From positions 124,001 to 188,000 of IMG/VR virus record IMGVR_UViG_3300033388_007730: 64,000 nucleotides of DNA. One strand, written 5' to 3'. Below the pieces are notes generated by a model that was not told where the DNA came from, searched no databases, and was given only the letters and a program-made list of their open reading frames with translations. The translations under genes were made by a program, and so were the position numbers. Shown here piece after piece: positions 30,254-40,277 of this stretch. The stretch's first letter is position 1, and each line of letters opens with the position of its first letter.

Positions 30254-30451
30254 ATGGCAAAGAATCAAAAAGAAGTCGAATTTACAATCAAAAATGGTGG
30301 CATTGTAGAGGCAGATCAGCAAGGTTATGAGGGCAAGGGTTGTGCAGGTGACATTAAGGTTATCTTAGATGCTCTTGGCGGAAAAGCGAAAACAACAAAG
30401 AAGCAAGAATATCGCAAAGGCAAAGAGGTTCATATTACACAAAAGAGATAA
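30254..30451 (+). CDS. DUF2997-like small protein
   Basis: VEFTIKNGGIVEAD..GYEGKGC...LDALG...KQEY. Confidence 0.7.
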   Translation: MAKNQKEVEFTIKNGGIVEADQQGYEGKGCAGDIKVILDALGGKAKTTKKQEYRKGKEVHITQKR

Positions 30452-30464
30452 TGGGGGGAAAGTT

Positions 30465-30809
30465 ATGGGTTTTAAGAAACATATGCGTTCTGATGCTCCT
30501 CTTGTGATAGGGAACAGTACAGGTGATTCTGAATTATTTAGACCAGGATTTTCTTATCAAATAGAGGATGTGATTTACACTGTTATTTCAGATCCTACTC
30601 AAGACGTTACGGCTCCTATGAGAAAAGTGCTGTTAGCTGACGGGACATTTGAGATAATGACTGTTGAGAGTATTAGAAAAGATCTCAAGAGTTATGGAGC
30701 GAAAAGACTTCCAGATGTTCAGAGGTACGTTAAAGAGAAGCCTGTAGCGAAAGAGCTAGAAGCTCCTGTGAAAAAGAAAAAGAAAGCAACCAAAAAAAAG
30801 GGTAAATAA
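30465..30809 (+). CDS. Hypothetical protein with a Lys-rich tail
   Basis: GGGGGA RBS before ATG 30465. Confidence 0.6.
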   Translation: MGFKKHMRSDAPLVIGNSTGDSELFRPGFSYQIEDVIYTVISDPTQDVTAPMRKVLLADGTFEIMTVESIRKDLKSYGAKRLPDVQRYVKEKPVAKELEAPVKKKKKATKKKGK

Positions 30810-30810
30810 G

Positions 30811-31008
30811 ATGCAAGATAGTGAAGTATCATTACAAATTCTTCCATCAGGTGAAGTTCGTTTCAAAAGAGGCGATGTCGAGCATAATGCGGCCCTTATG
30901 TCAGTTTTGTCTGAAATGTATCCTGAGAGAATTTCTGAGTTTGAGGAATTCTTTAGGGGATCTGAGGATATTATTGTATTAGAGGGAGACACTATCTTCT
31001 GCGGTTAA
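30811..31008 (+). CDS. Hypothetical protein ending in -CG
   Basis: 65-aa ORF followed by a terminator. Confidence 0.55.
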   Translation: MQDSEVSLQILPSGEVRFKRGDVEHNAALMSVLSEMYPERISEFEEFFRGSEDIIVLEGDTIFCG

Positions 31009-31039
31009 GCGTTTTCGTGATAGCCTTTATCATATGACT

Positions 31040-31071
31040 AAGAGTCGCATCCTTTGATGCGGCTCTTTTTT
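31040..31071 (+). terminator. Rho-independent terminator
   Basis: AAGAGTCGCATC / GATGCGGCTCTT stem with a short loop, then a T-tract. Confidence 0.8.
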
Positions 31072-31134
31072 CATATCTAATGGCTCTTTAAGTCGATATA
31101 TAATATATATTAATATCGATTTAAGGAGAGTATT

Positions 31135-31746
31135 ATGGCTAAAGTAATTGTAGGAGTTGATGTAGGTCTAACAGGTGGAATTTCAATTTTAATTGGCAAA
31201 AAAACACCTTTAGTTTATAAGATTCCAGTAAAAAAAATTGTGGTAAACAAGAAAAATAAAAATACTTATGATATGCCAAGTATTGTAAATATCTTAAAAA
31301 AATATAAAGATGATAATGTGCTATTCTATATTGAGAGGCAATCTACAAGACCTGGTGAAGGAGCCGTTTCAGCAATGACTATTGGGAAGGGATATGGACA
31401 ACTTTTAGGAGTAGCGTATGCTTTTGCTTTTAATATTGTTATAGTTTCTCCTCGAACTTGGAAAAAATGTTTTCCAGAATTAACAACTGATGAGATGTTA
31501 GACATTAAAGCGGGAATGAAGAAGTCGCGGCTGTTTGGCAAAACTTTAGAGGATAAAGACCAGAAAAAAGAGAATAAGAGGTATATTGAAAAATTAGGTA
31601 GAAATTTTAAGTCTTTAGCCAAAAATGAGGCTAGAAAATTAGTTTCTACAAAATATCCTGGGCTTTCCGATTTATTCAAAAAAAAGAATTCAGATGGGTT
31701 AGCTGAATCTTTGTTGATTGCGATATATGGAAGATCACAGGATTAA
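31135..31746 (+). CDS. RuvC-like Holliday junction resolvase
   Basis: VGVDVGLTGG, YIERQ, GKGYG, VSPRTWKK, DGLAESLLIA. Confidence 0.85.
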   Translation: MAKVIVGVDVGLTGGISILIGKKTPLVYKIPVKKIVVNKKNKNTYDMPSIVNILKKYKDDNVLFYIERQSTRPGEGAVSAMTIGKGYGQLLGVAYAFAFNIVIVSPRTWKKCFPELTTDEMLDIKAGMKKSRLFGKTLEDKDQKKENKRYIEKLGRNFKSLAKNEARKLVSTKYPGLSDLFKKKNSDGLAESLLIAIYGRSQD

Positions 31747-31779
31747 CATTAATAGCCTTATACGGGAGAAAAAATCAAA

Positions 31780-32142
31780 ATGAGTTGGTATAAATATTCA
31801 AAAGATTTTGATAAGAGAAATATTATAAATCATAAAATAATGTATTTGGAAGAAGTCAAAGAAACATTGAAGAAACTAGCTAAATTAATCTTCCAAAGTG
31901 CTACTATGGCTAAGCAAAATAACGTGGATATTATGAGTTCTAAAAAGATGACATCGTATCCTATGTTGCATAATATTTTAATAGAGGCTGATACAATAGC
32001 TCTAGATAGCCCCTGGAAGTTTGCATCGCTTTGCGAAGAGGCTGTTATGAGTATAAATAATCAGATAGAAACATTAAAATCTGAGAGAAAAAAAATAACA
32101 AGTGTTGAAAATAAGAATGTTGTGGAGAAAGGCTGGGTTTAG
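31780..32142 (+). CDS. Hypothetical protein (MSWYK N-terminus)
   Basis: GGAG RBS, 120-aa ORF. Confidence 0.65.
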   Translation: MSWYKYSKDFDKRNIINHKIMYLEEVKETLKKLAKLIFQSATMAKQNNVDIMSSKKMTSYPMLHNILIEADTIALDSPWKFASLCEEAVMSINNQIETLKSERKKITSVENKNVVEKGWV

Positions 32143-32796
32143 ATGGCTAAAAAAGAGATAACAGTTACGCAGAAAATTGATTCTAGTTTAAAAGTTCCAT
32201 ATGAATTTAATTCAGATAGAACAACTAGGAAGAATTGTAAATTATGTCAGTGTGAGTTCCGAGATGAAGTAGAAGGATGGTATGAAGAACAAAGAAGAAA
32301 AAATTATAGCGCAATTAAAACTAAGTTAAATGAAGAAAAAGAATTGAAAATATCTGTTAATGCTATAAAGAATCATATGCTCTATCATTATAAAGCAACA
32401 GAAAGAAAATCGACGTTAACAGAGTATATGACCGATGTGCAGAGTTGGGTTTTGATGCAGACTAATAAAGTAGCAGCATTAAAAACTAGAATTGCTATAC
32501 TAGAAAGAGAAATGATGGTAATAGCTTCTGAGGGAGAAGATCTTGATCTTGCAGAAAGAAGAAAAAATGCTGAAACTATTAAAAAGATTGCTGATACTCT
32601 TTTAACTTACGATGCTAAACTCAAAGAGTATGAAAAAGATATGGAACCTGTAAGAATAGTATTTAATCAATTAAAAGTTATTGTTAAAGATGAGATGGAA
32701 GGTATTGAGGATGTGAAAGCTAGAAATATTATCTATAATGTGATGGGTAGATTAAAAGATAATGTTGGTGATATGATTATTGAAAGCGGGAATTAA
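32143..32796 (+). CDS. Hypothetical CxxC/His and coiled-coil protein (terminase small subunit-like?)
   Basis: CKLCQ, ISVNAIKNHMLYH, helical C-terminal half; function speculative. Confidence 0.45.
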   Translation: MAKKEITVTQKIDSSLKVPYEFNSDRTTRKNCKLCQCEFRDEVEGWYEEQRRKNYSAIKTKLNEEKELKISVNAIKNHMLYHYKATERKSTLTEYMTDVQSWVLMQTNKVAALKTRIAILEREMMVIASEGEDLDLAERRKNAETIKKIADTLLTYDAKLKEYEKDMEPVRIVFNQLKVIVKDEMEGIEDVKARNIIYNVMGRLKDNVGDMIIESGN

Positions 32797-32800
32797 TATT

Positions 32801-32950
32801 ATGAAAGAATATAAAAGCAAAAAATACATTAAGATGAATGCTAAAGTTGGCAGCTCTAAGAACAATAATATAAAGCCAATCAAAATAGAACCGAAAAAAA
32901 CAAAGCGAGTTAAATCCAGTTGTGGTGGATGCTCTAGAAGGACAAGATAA
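32801..32950 (+). CDS. Small basic protein ending CGGCSRRTR (49 aa)
   Basis: MKEYKSKKYIKMNAK...SSCGGCSRRTR* fills the gap; below the ORF-track cutoff. Confidence 0.5.
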   Translation: MKEYKSKKYIKMNAKVGSSKNNNIKPIKIEPKKTKRVKSSCGGCSRRTR

Positions 32951-35588
32951 ATTGGATAGACCTACTATAATCAAAATTTTATCTAAGTTTAGATATTTAT
33001 TCCAAGATTTATCTTATGGAGAAGATGCGGTTATGCAAAAGATAACTAACTATCTTCCTTCTAATCATATGGTATTTCCATGCGATGTAATAGATTTGAG
33101 AAAAATACTTATAGATGAAGAAATAAAATTTGATGATTATATACCATTGTTCTCTAAAAGATTTGCTGAGAGTTTTTTAAAAAGATATGCTCTGTTTCTG
33201 GTGATTGATATAAGAAAGATTGATAAGGATAGTTTTAAATATGGTGGTTTGTGTATTTTAAGAGACAATGAGTTAGATATTAGTGACTCTTTAATAAGGA
33301 TAGTAGTTAACAAACAGGCAGCTAATAATACTTTTAATGTGGTGCAAAATATGATGCAAGAATTGAACAAATATGTAGAATGTGTGGTAGAGAATAGTGT
33401 TCCTGGAATGAGTTCTCCTGCCCCTATATTATCATCTAGGAAGATAGTATTTAAAGCAGCTCAGAATGTTGAGTCTGAATTGTCTTTAGACCCGAAAGAA
33501 AAAAATATATTTGATTTTCTTAGAAGGGTTAAAAAAGATTATAATCTTCCTGTTCAGATGAGAGTAGCTGGTGGATGGGTTAGAGATAAATTGCTTGGCA
33601 AAGAAAGTGATGATATAGACATAGCTGTTAATATGCCAGGTTATGATTTTGCTAAGATAGTAGCAGATGCTGCTGTTAAATATAATGTAACGCATGACCC
33701 TAAAGCATACAAGGTTAGTTTAGAAAAATCAAAAGATCCTAGTGAAAAGACTCCTAATGATAGTCTTTTAGTAGGTGCAGTTTATCTTTTCGGGCAGAAA
33801 ATAGAATTTGTTCCTATGAGAACAGAACATTATCCTGATCCTGATAGCAGGCAACCAGAAATAACTAATACTAATGATCCTAGAGAAGATGTTAAAAGAA
33901 GAGATTTAACTATAAATTCTCTTTACTACAATGTTGATACTGGCAAAGTAGAAGATTATGTTGGTGGAAGAAAAGATTTGGGAGTAGACGGAAATGGAAC
34001 TATACTTCTAAGGACTCCTGATGATGCTTATAAAACATTTCATGAAGATCCTTTGAGATTATTGAGAGTTTTGAGATTCCACAGCCGTTATCCTAATAGC
34101 GTAATAGATCCTTCAGTCGTAGAAGCTATGAAAAATCCAGAAGTGCAAGCTTCTTATGCTAGAAAAGTTTCTACAGAGAGAGCTGGACCAGAATTGATAA
34201 AAATGTTATCAGGAGCAAATCCTGTAGATTCTTTAAGATTGTTATTTGAGAGTGGTTTATACAAACAGGTTTTTGATGTTCCTTCTATGAAGAATATAAA
34301 TGAAGAAGGAATAATGATGGATCAAAGAAGTCCTTATCATGAAAAAAGTTTGTCAGATCATACTCTAGACGTTGTGAAGTACTTGAATGAGAAAATGAGT
34401 AATGAGGGTGAAAGTGATTTAATGAGAGGATTGATGAATTTTGCTGCTATGTTCCATGATTTTGGGAAAATGAGTAACAAGGTTGCAAGACCACATAAAA
34501 ATCCAAGATTCGAAGGTCATACTACTTATGTAGGTCATGAAAATGAATCTGAAACTATGGCAGAAGAAATAATGAATTCTATAGGACTTAAGGATTATCA
34601 AAAAAAGATAGTTAAAGCAGTCGTTAAATCCCATATGTTCCCTCATAAGTTCACTGGTTGGGCTGATTCTTGGGCTAAGAAGAAAAAAATATGGAAAGGC
34701 AATGAGGGTCCAGGTAAATTTATGGAGAATCTAAAATTAAAAGGTTTAGATCAAAAGACTAGAGGATTAGAAGAAGATGATGAAGAAGTTATAGATAAGT
34801 CTGCTGACCTTTGGAAGTATGTTCATTATCATGCTGAGGCTGATTCTAAGGCTGGTAAAACTGGGAAGCATGATGAAGGGGAAACAGAGAGAGGTAGACA
34901 GTGGTTTGAAAATTATTACAATGATCCAGCTATAGAATTCACCAGAACGAGAGGTTCTGTCATAGATGGCAATACGATAAAAAATCTTGTTGAAGAAATT
35001 AGTGGATTAGAACAGCAAAAAAGGGATCCTACTCGAACTAAATTGAAAGTTGAAATAACACCTAATGTTATATCATTTGTGCAAAAAAGAATAGCTGATA
35101 TGCAATATAGGCGTTTGATACCTCTTGATTTCGCGGCTATGGAAGAGGGTCCAGAGAAAGAGTCGTCTTTAATAAATTCTCAAAATAGAGCTGCTAATCA
35201 AGCTAGGCAAATAATCAAAAGTAATTTAGATAAATATTTAAAAATAACTCCAATTGAAGGAGAGACTACAATGAGTACTAGTTGGTATGATAAAATAAAA
35301 ACATCTAATACGATATCTAAACCTTTGCCAGTTCCTCAGGAAGAAGATCCTGAAGTTCATAAGGGGCCACAACCCATGGAGGCAAAATATCAAAAAGGCA
35401 TGAGGGTTAGAGATAGAAGAAAGGGTTTGGTAGTCCCTCAGGATTTTGGAGTTGTTTATTCTATTAATAATAATACTAATATTATGATAATACTATGGAA
35501 TCCTGATAATAAAGAAAAGAAAAGAGAAGAGAAATTTGATATGGTTGAAGATACCGAAAAGTTGTCATTGATAGTGGCGGAGGTTTAA
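32922..35588 (+). CDS. cca: Class II CCA-adding / poly(A) polymerase-family nucleotidyltransferase with HD domain and long extensions
   Basis: RVAGGWVRDKLLG, DDIDIA, RRDLTINSL, EDPLRLLRVLRF, STER; HD domain HTLDVV...FHDFGK...GHE; real start may be TTG 32952. Confidence 0.85.
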   Translation: MVDALEGQDKLDRPTIIKILSKFRYLFQDLSYGEDAVMQKITNYLPSNHMVFPCDVIDLRKILIDEEIKFDDYIPLFSKRFAESFLKRYALFLVIDIRKIDKDSFKYGGLCILRDNELDISDSLIRIVVNKQAANNTFNVVQNMMQELNKYVECVVENSVPGMSSPAPILSSRKIVFKAAQNVESELSLDPKEKNIFDFLRRVKKDYNLPVQMRVAGGWVRDKLLGKESDDIDIAVNMPGYDFAKIVADAAVKYNVTHDPKAYKVSLEKSKDPSEKTPNDSLLVGAVYLFGQKIEFVPMRTEHYPDPDSRQPEITNTNDPREDVKRRDLTINSLYYNVDTGKVEDYVGGRKDLGVDGNGTILLRTPDDAYKTFHEDPLRLLRVLRFHSRYPNSVIDPSVVEAMKNPEVQASYARKVSTERAGPELIKMLSGANPVDSLRLLFESGLYKQVFDVPSMKNINEEGIMMDQRSPYHEKSLSDHTLDVVKYLNEKMSNEGESDLMRGLMNFAAMFHDFGKMSNKVARPHKNPRFEGHTTYVGHENESETMAEEIMNSIGLKDYQKKIVKAVVKSHMFPHKFTGWADSWAKKKKIWKGNEGPGKFMENLKLKGLDQKTRGLEEDDEEVIDKSADLWKYVHYHAEADSKAGKTGKHDEGETERGRQWFENYYNDPAIEFTRTRGSVIDGNTIKNLVEEISGLEQQKRDPTRTKLKVEITPNVISFVQKRIADMQYRRLIPLDFAAMEEGPEKESSLINSQNRAANQARQIIKSNLDKYLKITPIEGETTMSTSWYDKIKTSNTISKPLPVPQEEDPEVHKGPQPMEAKYQKGMRVRDRRKGLVVPQDFGVVYSINNNTNIMIILWNPDNKEKKREEKFDMVEDTEKLSLIVAEV

Positions 35589-35589
35589 G

Positions 35590-36459
35590 ATGTATCAAGC
35601 TGCGTTAGGTGGATATGATTTAGTATTTACTGATGCCCCTGTTTATTACGAACCAGGATTTACTATTATGTATCCTTTGGAGTTAGAAGTTCCTCAGTGT
35701 GACATATATTACATTCTTATAAGAAAAAGAAGTGATAGTGGTGGAGTAATATTTGACACTTTATCTATTTCCAATATGAGTATAAGTGTTAAAGATGCTA
35801 CTAACGGAGAAGATATACCTGCTTATTTGACAGCAACTTTGACTAATACTTTTTGGGATGATGATCCAGCTTTTACTCCAATAGTTTTGGTAGTGGAGAA
35901 TAATCTCAGTGTTGGTAATGCCACAACAAGAGTAGTATCTTTAGATATATCTATATCAGATAATAATGATAATACTTTTATAAATTTAAGAACATCTATT
36001 GTAGATACTGGGAGGTTCTTTTATTTTATCCCTCTATCTACTAATGAGCTGAGCGGTAGAAATAAAAATACTGCTGTTGGCACACAATATTATTTATCGG
36101 TTGGAGCTAGTGGCGATAGATATTTATTATTCTCCCCTTATTCTTTTTTTAGTGAAGTTGAGAAAGGAAGCGATGGTATATCTTTCTCTTATCCAGTGGG
36201 ATCTATTTTTTATAAAAGACAAAAATCTTACAATGATGAGGATTTTGATTTTAGTATATTATCTTCTAGTCATGCATTTGTGCCAGATAACATTTCTTTA
36301 ATTAATATTCCAGGTTATAGAAAGGTTGCAGCTTTGCACGTAGATGCTAATATGCACAGTGAGTTATCTCATATCACAACAAATGCTTTTGTTGATATAG
36401 AATCAGTTGGTACTTTAAGCGGTGTGACTGACACTTTTAGAGTTAATCTTACAAGGTAA
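35590..36459 (+). CDS. Hypothetical beta-rich protein, possibly structural
   Basis: 289-aa S/T/D/aromatic-rich ORF. Confidence 0.55.
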   Translation: MYQAALGGYDLVFTDAPVYYEPGFTIMYPLELEVPQCDIYYILIRKRSDSGGVIFDTLSISNMSISVKDATNGEDIPAYLTATLTNTFWDDDPAFTPIVLVVENNLSVGNATTRVVSLDISISDNNDNTFINLRTSIVDTGRFFYFIPLSTNELSGRNKNTAVGTQYYLSVGASGDRYLLFSPYSFFSEVEKGSDGISFSYPVGSIFYKRQKSYNDEDFDFSILSSSHAFVPDNISLINIPGYRKVAALHVDANMHSELSHITTNAFVDIESVGTLSGVTDTFRVNLTR

Positions 36460-36468
36460 TGGTGAAAA

Positions 36469-36987
36469 ATGAATTGGTTTAAAGAGTCAAGTAATAATGA
36501 TTTCATAGTTAAAATTAAAAAAATTCTCAAAGCACATCCGTTTACTAAGGCTTTAACAGAATATTACAATATTTCACCATCTGATATAGATAGTCATTTA
36601 GAGATAGAGATAGCAGATTTAGATGGAAAATATGCTGAGGGGAATGGTAGGATTATAAGGTTAAATAAAAAAATGATAAATGAAGATTTTTTCACTGGTA
36701 ATTTCCATTTTGTGATACATGAATTTTTTCATTGGCTAAAACGTAGATCTGAAGATAAGTTCTATTTTAATGATCCAGAAGAGATTCAAAGTTTCGTTCT
36801 TCAAATGGCGTGGGAAATTGTGTCTGGTAGAAGTGCTGAAGAAGTTAAGTGTAAGATGCATCCAGTTATAAAAAGTCATTTTAAGAATAATGAACAAAAA
36901 TTTAATATGGTTTTTAAGGAGATGTTAGAAAAAGCCATATATTTGGCTAACATTTATGAGAAAGAAAAGAATTTTTCAATGATATAA
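36469..36987 (+). CDS. Putative zinc metallopeptidase (HExxH), MNWFK N-terminus
   Basis: VIHEFFHWL with downstream PEEIQS. Confidence 0.6.
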   Translation: MNWFKESSNNDFIVKIKKILKAHPFTKALTEYYNISPSDIDSHLEIEIADLDGKYAEGNGRIIRLNKKMINEDFFTGNFHFVIHEFFHWLKRRSEDKFYFNDPEEIQSFVLQMAWEIVSGRSAEEVKCKMHPVIKSHFKNNEQKFNMVFKEMLEKAIYLANIYEKEKNFSMI

Positions 36988-37012
36988 TTGAATTATTAAT
37001 TTAGGAGATATT

Positions 37013-37714
37013 ATGAAGCGATTGAAGGTTACTCATTTCCGATCAGATCCTGCTTATTGTGTGGCAGGAGCTTGTTCGGTTGTTGCCAACTATTATAATC
37101 CCGAAATAGATTATAATTTTGTAAAAAAAGAAGCATATAAAGTATCAAAAGATATAGCAGAAATAGGATTAGATAGTGGTCAAATGGGGTTACTTCTTAA
37201 TAGATTAGGATTTTATAAGGTTACTTTAGTTTCTAGTGTTATGCATTGTTTCGATTATTCTTGGCGAAATTATGGGAAAAAAAGACTGTTAAGAGAACTA
37301 GAAACTGCGACAAAAAAGAAAAAAGACGCAGGAGCAAGAGCAGAAATAAGAAGTATTTATAAATGGTACAAACAAAGTGATTTTGATAACAATATTATAA
37401 TAAGTTATGATTTTGGCAAGTATATAAGGCAATATCTTAATAAAGGAAAACCACTTATTCTCACTTTTAATTGGACTATGTTTTTTAAATTTGAAAAACA
37501 GAACAGCAAAGAAGAAGAAGATCCTATTAATGGTAATTATGAAGAACATGCCGTGGTAGCTAATGGTTATGATGATAAAGGAGTCTGGATAGTAGATTCT
37601 CATCATCAATATTATAAGTACAAAAGAAAAAAGTATAGAAGAGGATTCTATAAAATTTCTTGGGAAAATTTAATGACAATAATGGGAGAAGGAGATCTCA
37701 TTTTGCCAGAATAA
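37013..37714 (+). CDS. Papain-fold (C39-like) cysteine peptidase
   Basis: AYCVAGAC, GKPLIL, HAVVANGYDDKGVWIVDS. Confidence 0.75.
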   Translation: MKRLKVTHFRSDPAYCVAGACSVVANYYNPEIDYNFVKKEAYKVSKDIAEIGLDSGQMGLLLNRLGFYKVTLVSSVMHCFDYSWRNYGKKRLLRELETATKKKKDAGARAEIRSIYKWYKQSDFDNNIIISYDFGKYIRQYLNKGKPLILTFNWTMFFKFEKQNSKEEEDPINGNYEEHAVVANGYDDKGVWIVDSHHQYYKYKRKKYRRGFYKISWENLMTIMGEGDLILPE

Positions 37715-37735
37715 TATATTTAATAGAGAAAAATA

Positions 37736-39403
37736 ATGGTAGATCAATTTACAAATATAGTAGGCGGATTTGAACAGTGTGAGCCACCTTTTTGTTCGCA
37801 AGATTTTCAAGTAGATGTTACGCAATTTGAGTGTAGTGGTGATATAGTTTATGTGAGCTGGATAATTACAGATCAATACAACAGAGGTATATCACCATCT
37901 TCAAATGTTGTTCAATATTCTTTGAATAGTAAAAATTTTAATAGTTCTCAACAAGTTGCTGTTAATAGTTTTAGTGGTAATTACTATAGTACTTATTTTG
38001 ATAAACCAGGAGAAGGATTGCTTTATATAAAAATAAAAGCACAAATAAATTTTATTTTTATAGAAGGTTATCCTGAAAACCATATTCCTCTAAATATGGA
38101 TACATGTGTAGATATAGCATCCGTAGCTGTGCCAGTTGGATTTTGTTCACAAACTCCATATGATGGTGTCCCTGTGTATATGGTAAAAAATATTTTGCCA
38201 ACGATAACTGACGACCCTGCTACTACATTTTATTTTGCAAGAGGAAATTATTGTTGGTTTGTAGATAAAAATCTTTATGATACTGAAATATCAATTGATG
38301 ATATTGATTATCCTAATTTGGCTGTTCTATGGGATGCTACAACTTCTATAGAAATTAAAAATAGTTGTGAAGCGTGTGATTTAACACTATCATGTCCATC
38401 ACCAGTTTGGACACCTGATCCTCTGTATCCCGGTGATTCTGGAAAAGATCAAGCAGAAATTTATTTGGAGTATAGCACTTGGACTGAGCGTGATGAAGTT
38501 ATAATTTATGGACCAGATCCACTTGGAGATTGTAGTAGAAATCAAATATGGAATTCTACTTGTGTAGGAACATGCAGAGGATATCAAGACTCTAGACAAG
38601 ATGATTGTGGTAATCCTGCTATTGATTGTGAAGATGGAGGAGAAGGACCAGGATTGTATTTAAGAAGACCGTCTCAATTTATAGTAACTGGATGTGATGG
38701 TTTTCACGACTATTATAATGGCACAGATTTTTGTGTAAAACAACTTTGTATTACTTTAAGAAAAGAGCAGATACCTATATCTGTACAAGTTATAGGAAAA
38801 TGCGATGACGCTAGTAGAACATATTGGTGTGCGTATGTAGAAGGACCTGATTTTACATATTGTAGATGTGGTAACGGAACTGATTGCGGAGCTATCATAG
38901 GTAGTTCTAGTAGTTCTAAGAGTTCAAGCTCAAGTTCTAAGAGTTCAAGCTCAAGTTCTTCTAAGAGTAGCTCAAGTTCTTCTAAGATTAGCTCATCAAG
39001 TAGTTCTAAAAGCAGCAGTTCTAGCTCGAAAAGTTCTAGCAGCTCTAGCTCGAAAAGTTCTAGCAGTTCTAGTTCAAATAGTTCTAGCTCAAGCTCTTCT
39101 AAGAGTAGTTCTTCAAGTAGTTCAAAGAGTTCTAGTAGCTCATCAAAGAGTAGTTCTTCTAGCAGTTCAGAGAGTTCAAGCAGCGATGAATCAGGTTCTG
39201 CCGCTGCTTTTCTGATCAATGATATGACCAATAAAGAGATAGAAGATATAATTAGTAAATTTTATAATGATAATCCTGGGATATTTGATGGTAAAACTCT
39301 TAGCGAAAAAGAAGATATTATTTTAGAATTTGTTGGGTCAGGTGAGATGATAGCGGAGGTGGCTCTTAGAATAGCGATTCGTGAGGGCATAGAAATAGCA
39401 TAG
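37736..39403 (+). CDS. Cys-rich protein with a long poly-Ser tract (probable virion or surface protein)
   Basis: Many Cys in an acidic domain, then about 94 aa of S/K repeat. Confidence 0.7.
   Translation: MVDQFTNIVGGFEQCEPPFCSQDFQVDVTQFECSGDIVYVSWIITDQYNRGISPSSNVVQYSLNSKNFNSSQQVAVNSFSGNYYSTYFDKPGEGLLYIKIKAQINFIFIEGYPENHIPLNMDTCVDIASVAVPVGFCSQTPYDGVPVYMVKNILPTITDDPATTFYFARGNYCWFVDKNLYDTEISIDDIDYPNLAVLWDATTSIEIKNSCEACDLTLSCPSPVWTPDPLYPGDSGKDQAEIYLEYSTWTERDEVIIYGPDPLGDCSRNQIWNSTCVGTCRGYQDSRQDDCGNPAIDCEDGGEGPGLYLRRPSQFIVTGCDGFHDYYNGTDFCVKQLCITLRKEQIPISVQVIGKCDDASRTYWCAYVEGPDFTYCRCGNGTDCGAIIGSSSSSKSSSSSSKSSSSSSSKSSSSSSKISSSSSSKSSSSSSKSSSSSSSKSSSSSSSNSSSSSSSKSSSSSSSKSSSSSSKSSSSSSSESSSSDESGSAAAFLINDMTNKEIEDIISKFYNDNPGIFDGKTLSEKEDIILEFVGSGEMIAEVALRIAIREGIEIA
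38903..39184 (+). repeat. Coding poly-Ser (SSSSSK)n low-complexity tract
   Basis: Mixed Ser codons AGT/TCT/TCA/AGC/TCG. Confidence 0.9.
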
Positions 39404-39407
39404 AAAT

Positions 39408-40220
39408 ATGAATTTTACAGATAAAGTGTATAAAAGATATAGTGATGCTAACGATATGGAAAGATATAGTGGGAAGATATATCTTAACTGTTGTGTTGGT
39501 GTTGAATATGATTTGGATTTATTAGAATACTCTATTAATTATTATAAAGAATTAGGAGTAGATGAATTTTTTATAATATTAAACACAGAAGATGAGAATA
39601 GTTTTAACCTCAAAAGAGCTATGAAAATATTAGACAAATATCCAGATATTCATAGGAGCATCTGGATAGGAGAGTATTATGGTTATATTAAAGGGGAAAA
39701 AGAGAAAAGTGTTGTTGAAAAAGTTATGGGAGAGGATGATTGGATAATTACTACTGATGTTGATGAATTTTTTGATTTTCCCATAGATTTAAGAAAATTA
39801 ATTGCCATTTGTGAAGATCAGGAGTGTCAAGTGGTTTATGGAAAAATAGTAGATAGGATTTCTTCAGATTATAAATTAAAAAAAGTAGATAAAACAAAAT
39901 CTCTGTGGGAACAATTCCCGATAAATGCTAAAATATATAACCAATTAAAAAGTAAAATATTATTACGCAGAAAAAAAATAGATATATATCATGGAGGTAA
40001 ATCTGGAGGACATCATTCATTTGTTGATCCAATGAGTGTTAAGATATATCCAGATATTTTAAAAGTGTATCATTTTCACTGGACAAATACTTTATTAGGG
40101 AAACTAGAAGAGAGAGTAGAAGTATGGAAAAAATATGGTAGGAATGATTGGAAGAGCCTTCAAGAAGTAATAGATGATTATAAAAAATATGGAATGTTAG
40201 TAGAGTCACAAAAATATTAA
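39408..40220 (+). CDS. Glycosyltransferase family 2-like (GT-A)
   Basis: YYKELGVDEF, WIITTDVDEF, VYHFHW. Confidence 0.75.
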   Translation: MNFTDKVYKRYSDANDMERYSGKIYLNCCVGVEYDLDLLEYSINYYKELGVDEFFIILNTEDENSFNLKRAMKILDKYPDIHRSIWIGEYYGYIKGEKEKSVVEKVMGEDDWIITTDVDEFFDFPIDLRKLIAICEDQECQVVYGKIVDRISSDYKLKKVDKTKSLWEQFPINAKIYNQLKSKILLRRKKIDIYHGGKSGGHHSFVDPMSVKIYPDILKVYHFHWTNTLLGKLEERVEVWKKYGRNDWKSLQEVIDDYKKYGMLVESQKY

Positions 40221-40277
40221 AGGTTATTAATTATTGATAATAGATATGATATTTTTTTTGTATTAAATTCAGGTTAT

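Noticed and set aside
38713-39231. 172-aa Leu/Glu-rich minus-strand ORF
   Set aside because: Antisense shadow of the poly-Ser tract
40219-40248. AAAGGT-N17-AGATATG as another sigmaH-like promoter
   Set aside because: The -10 match is too weak in this AT-rich background
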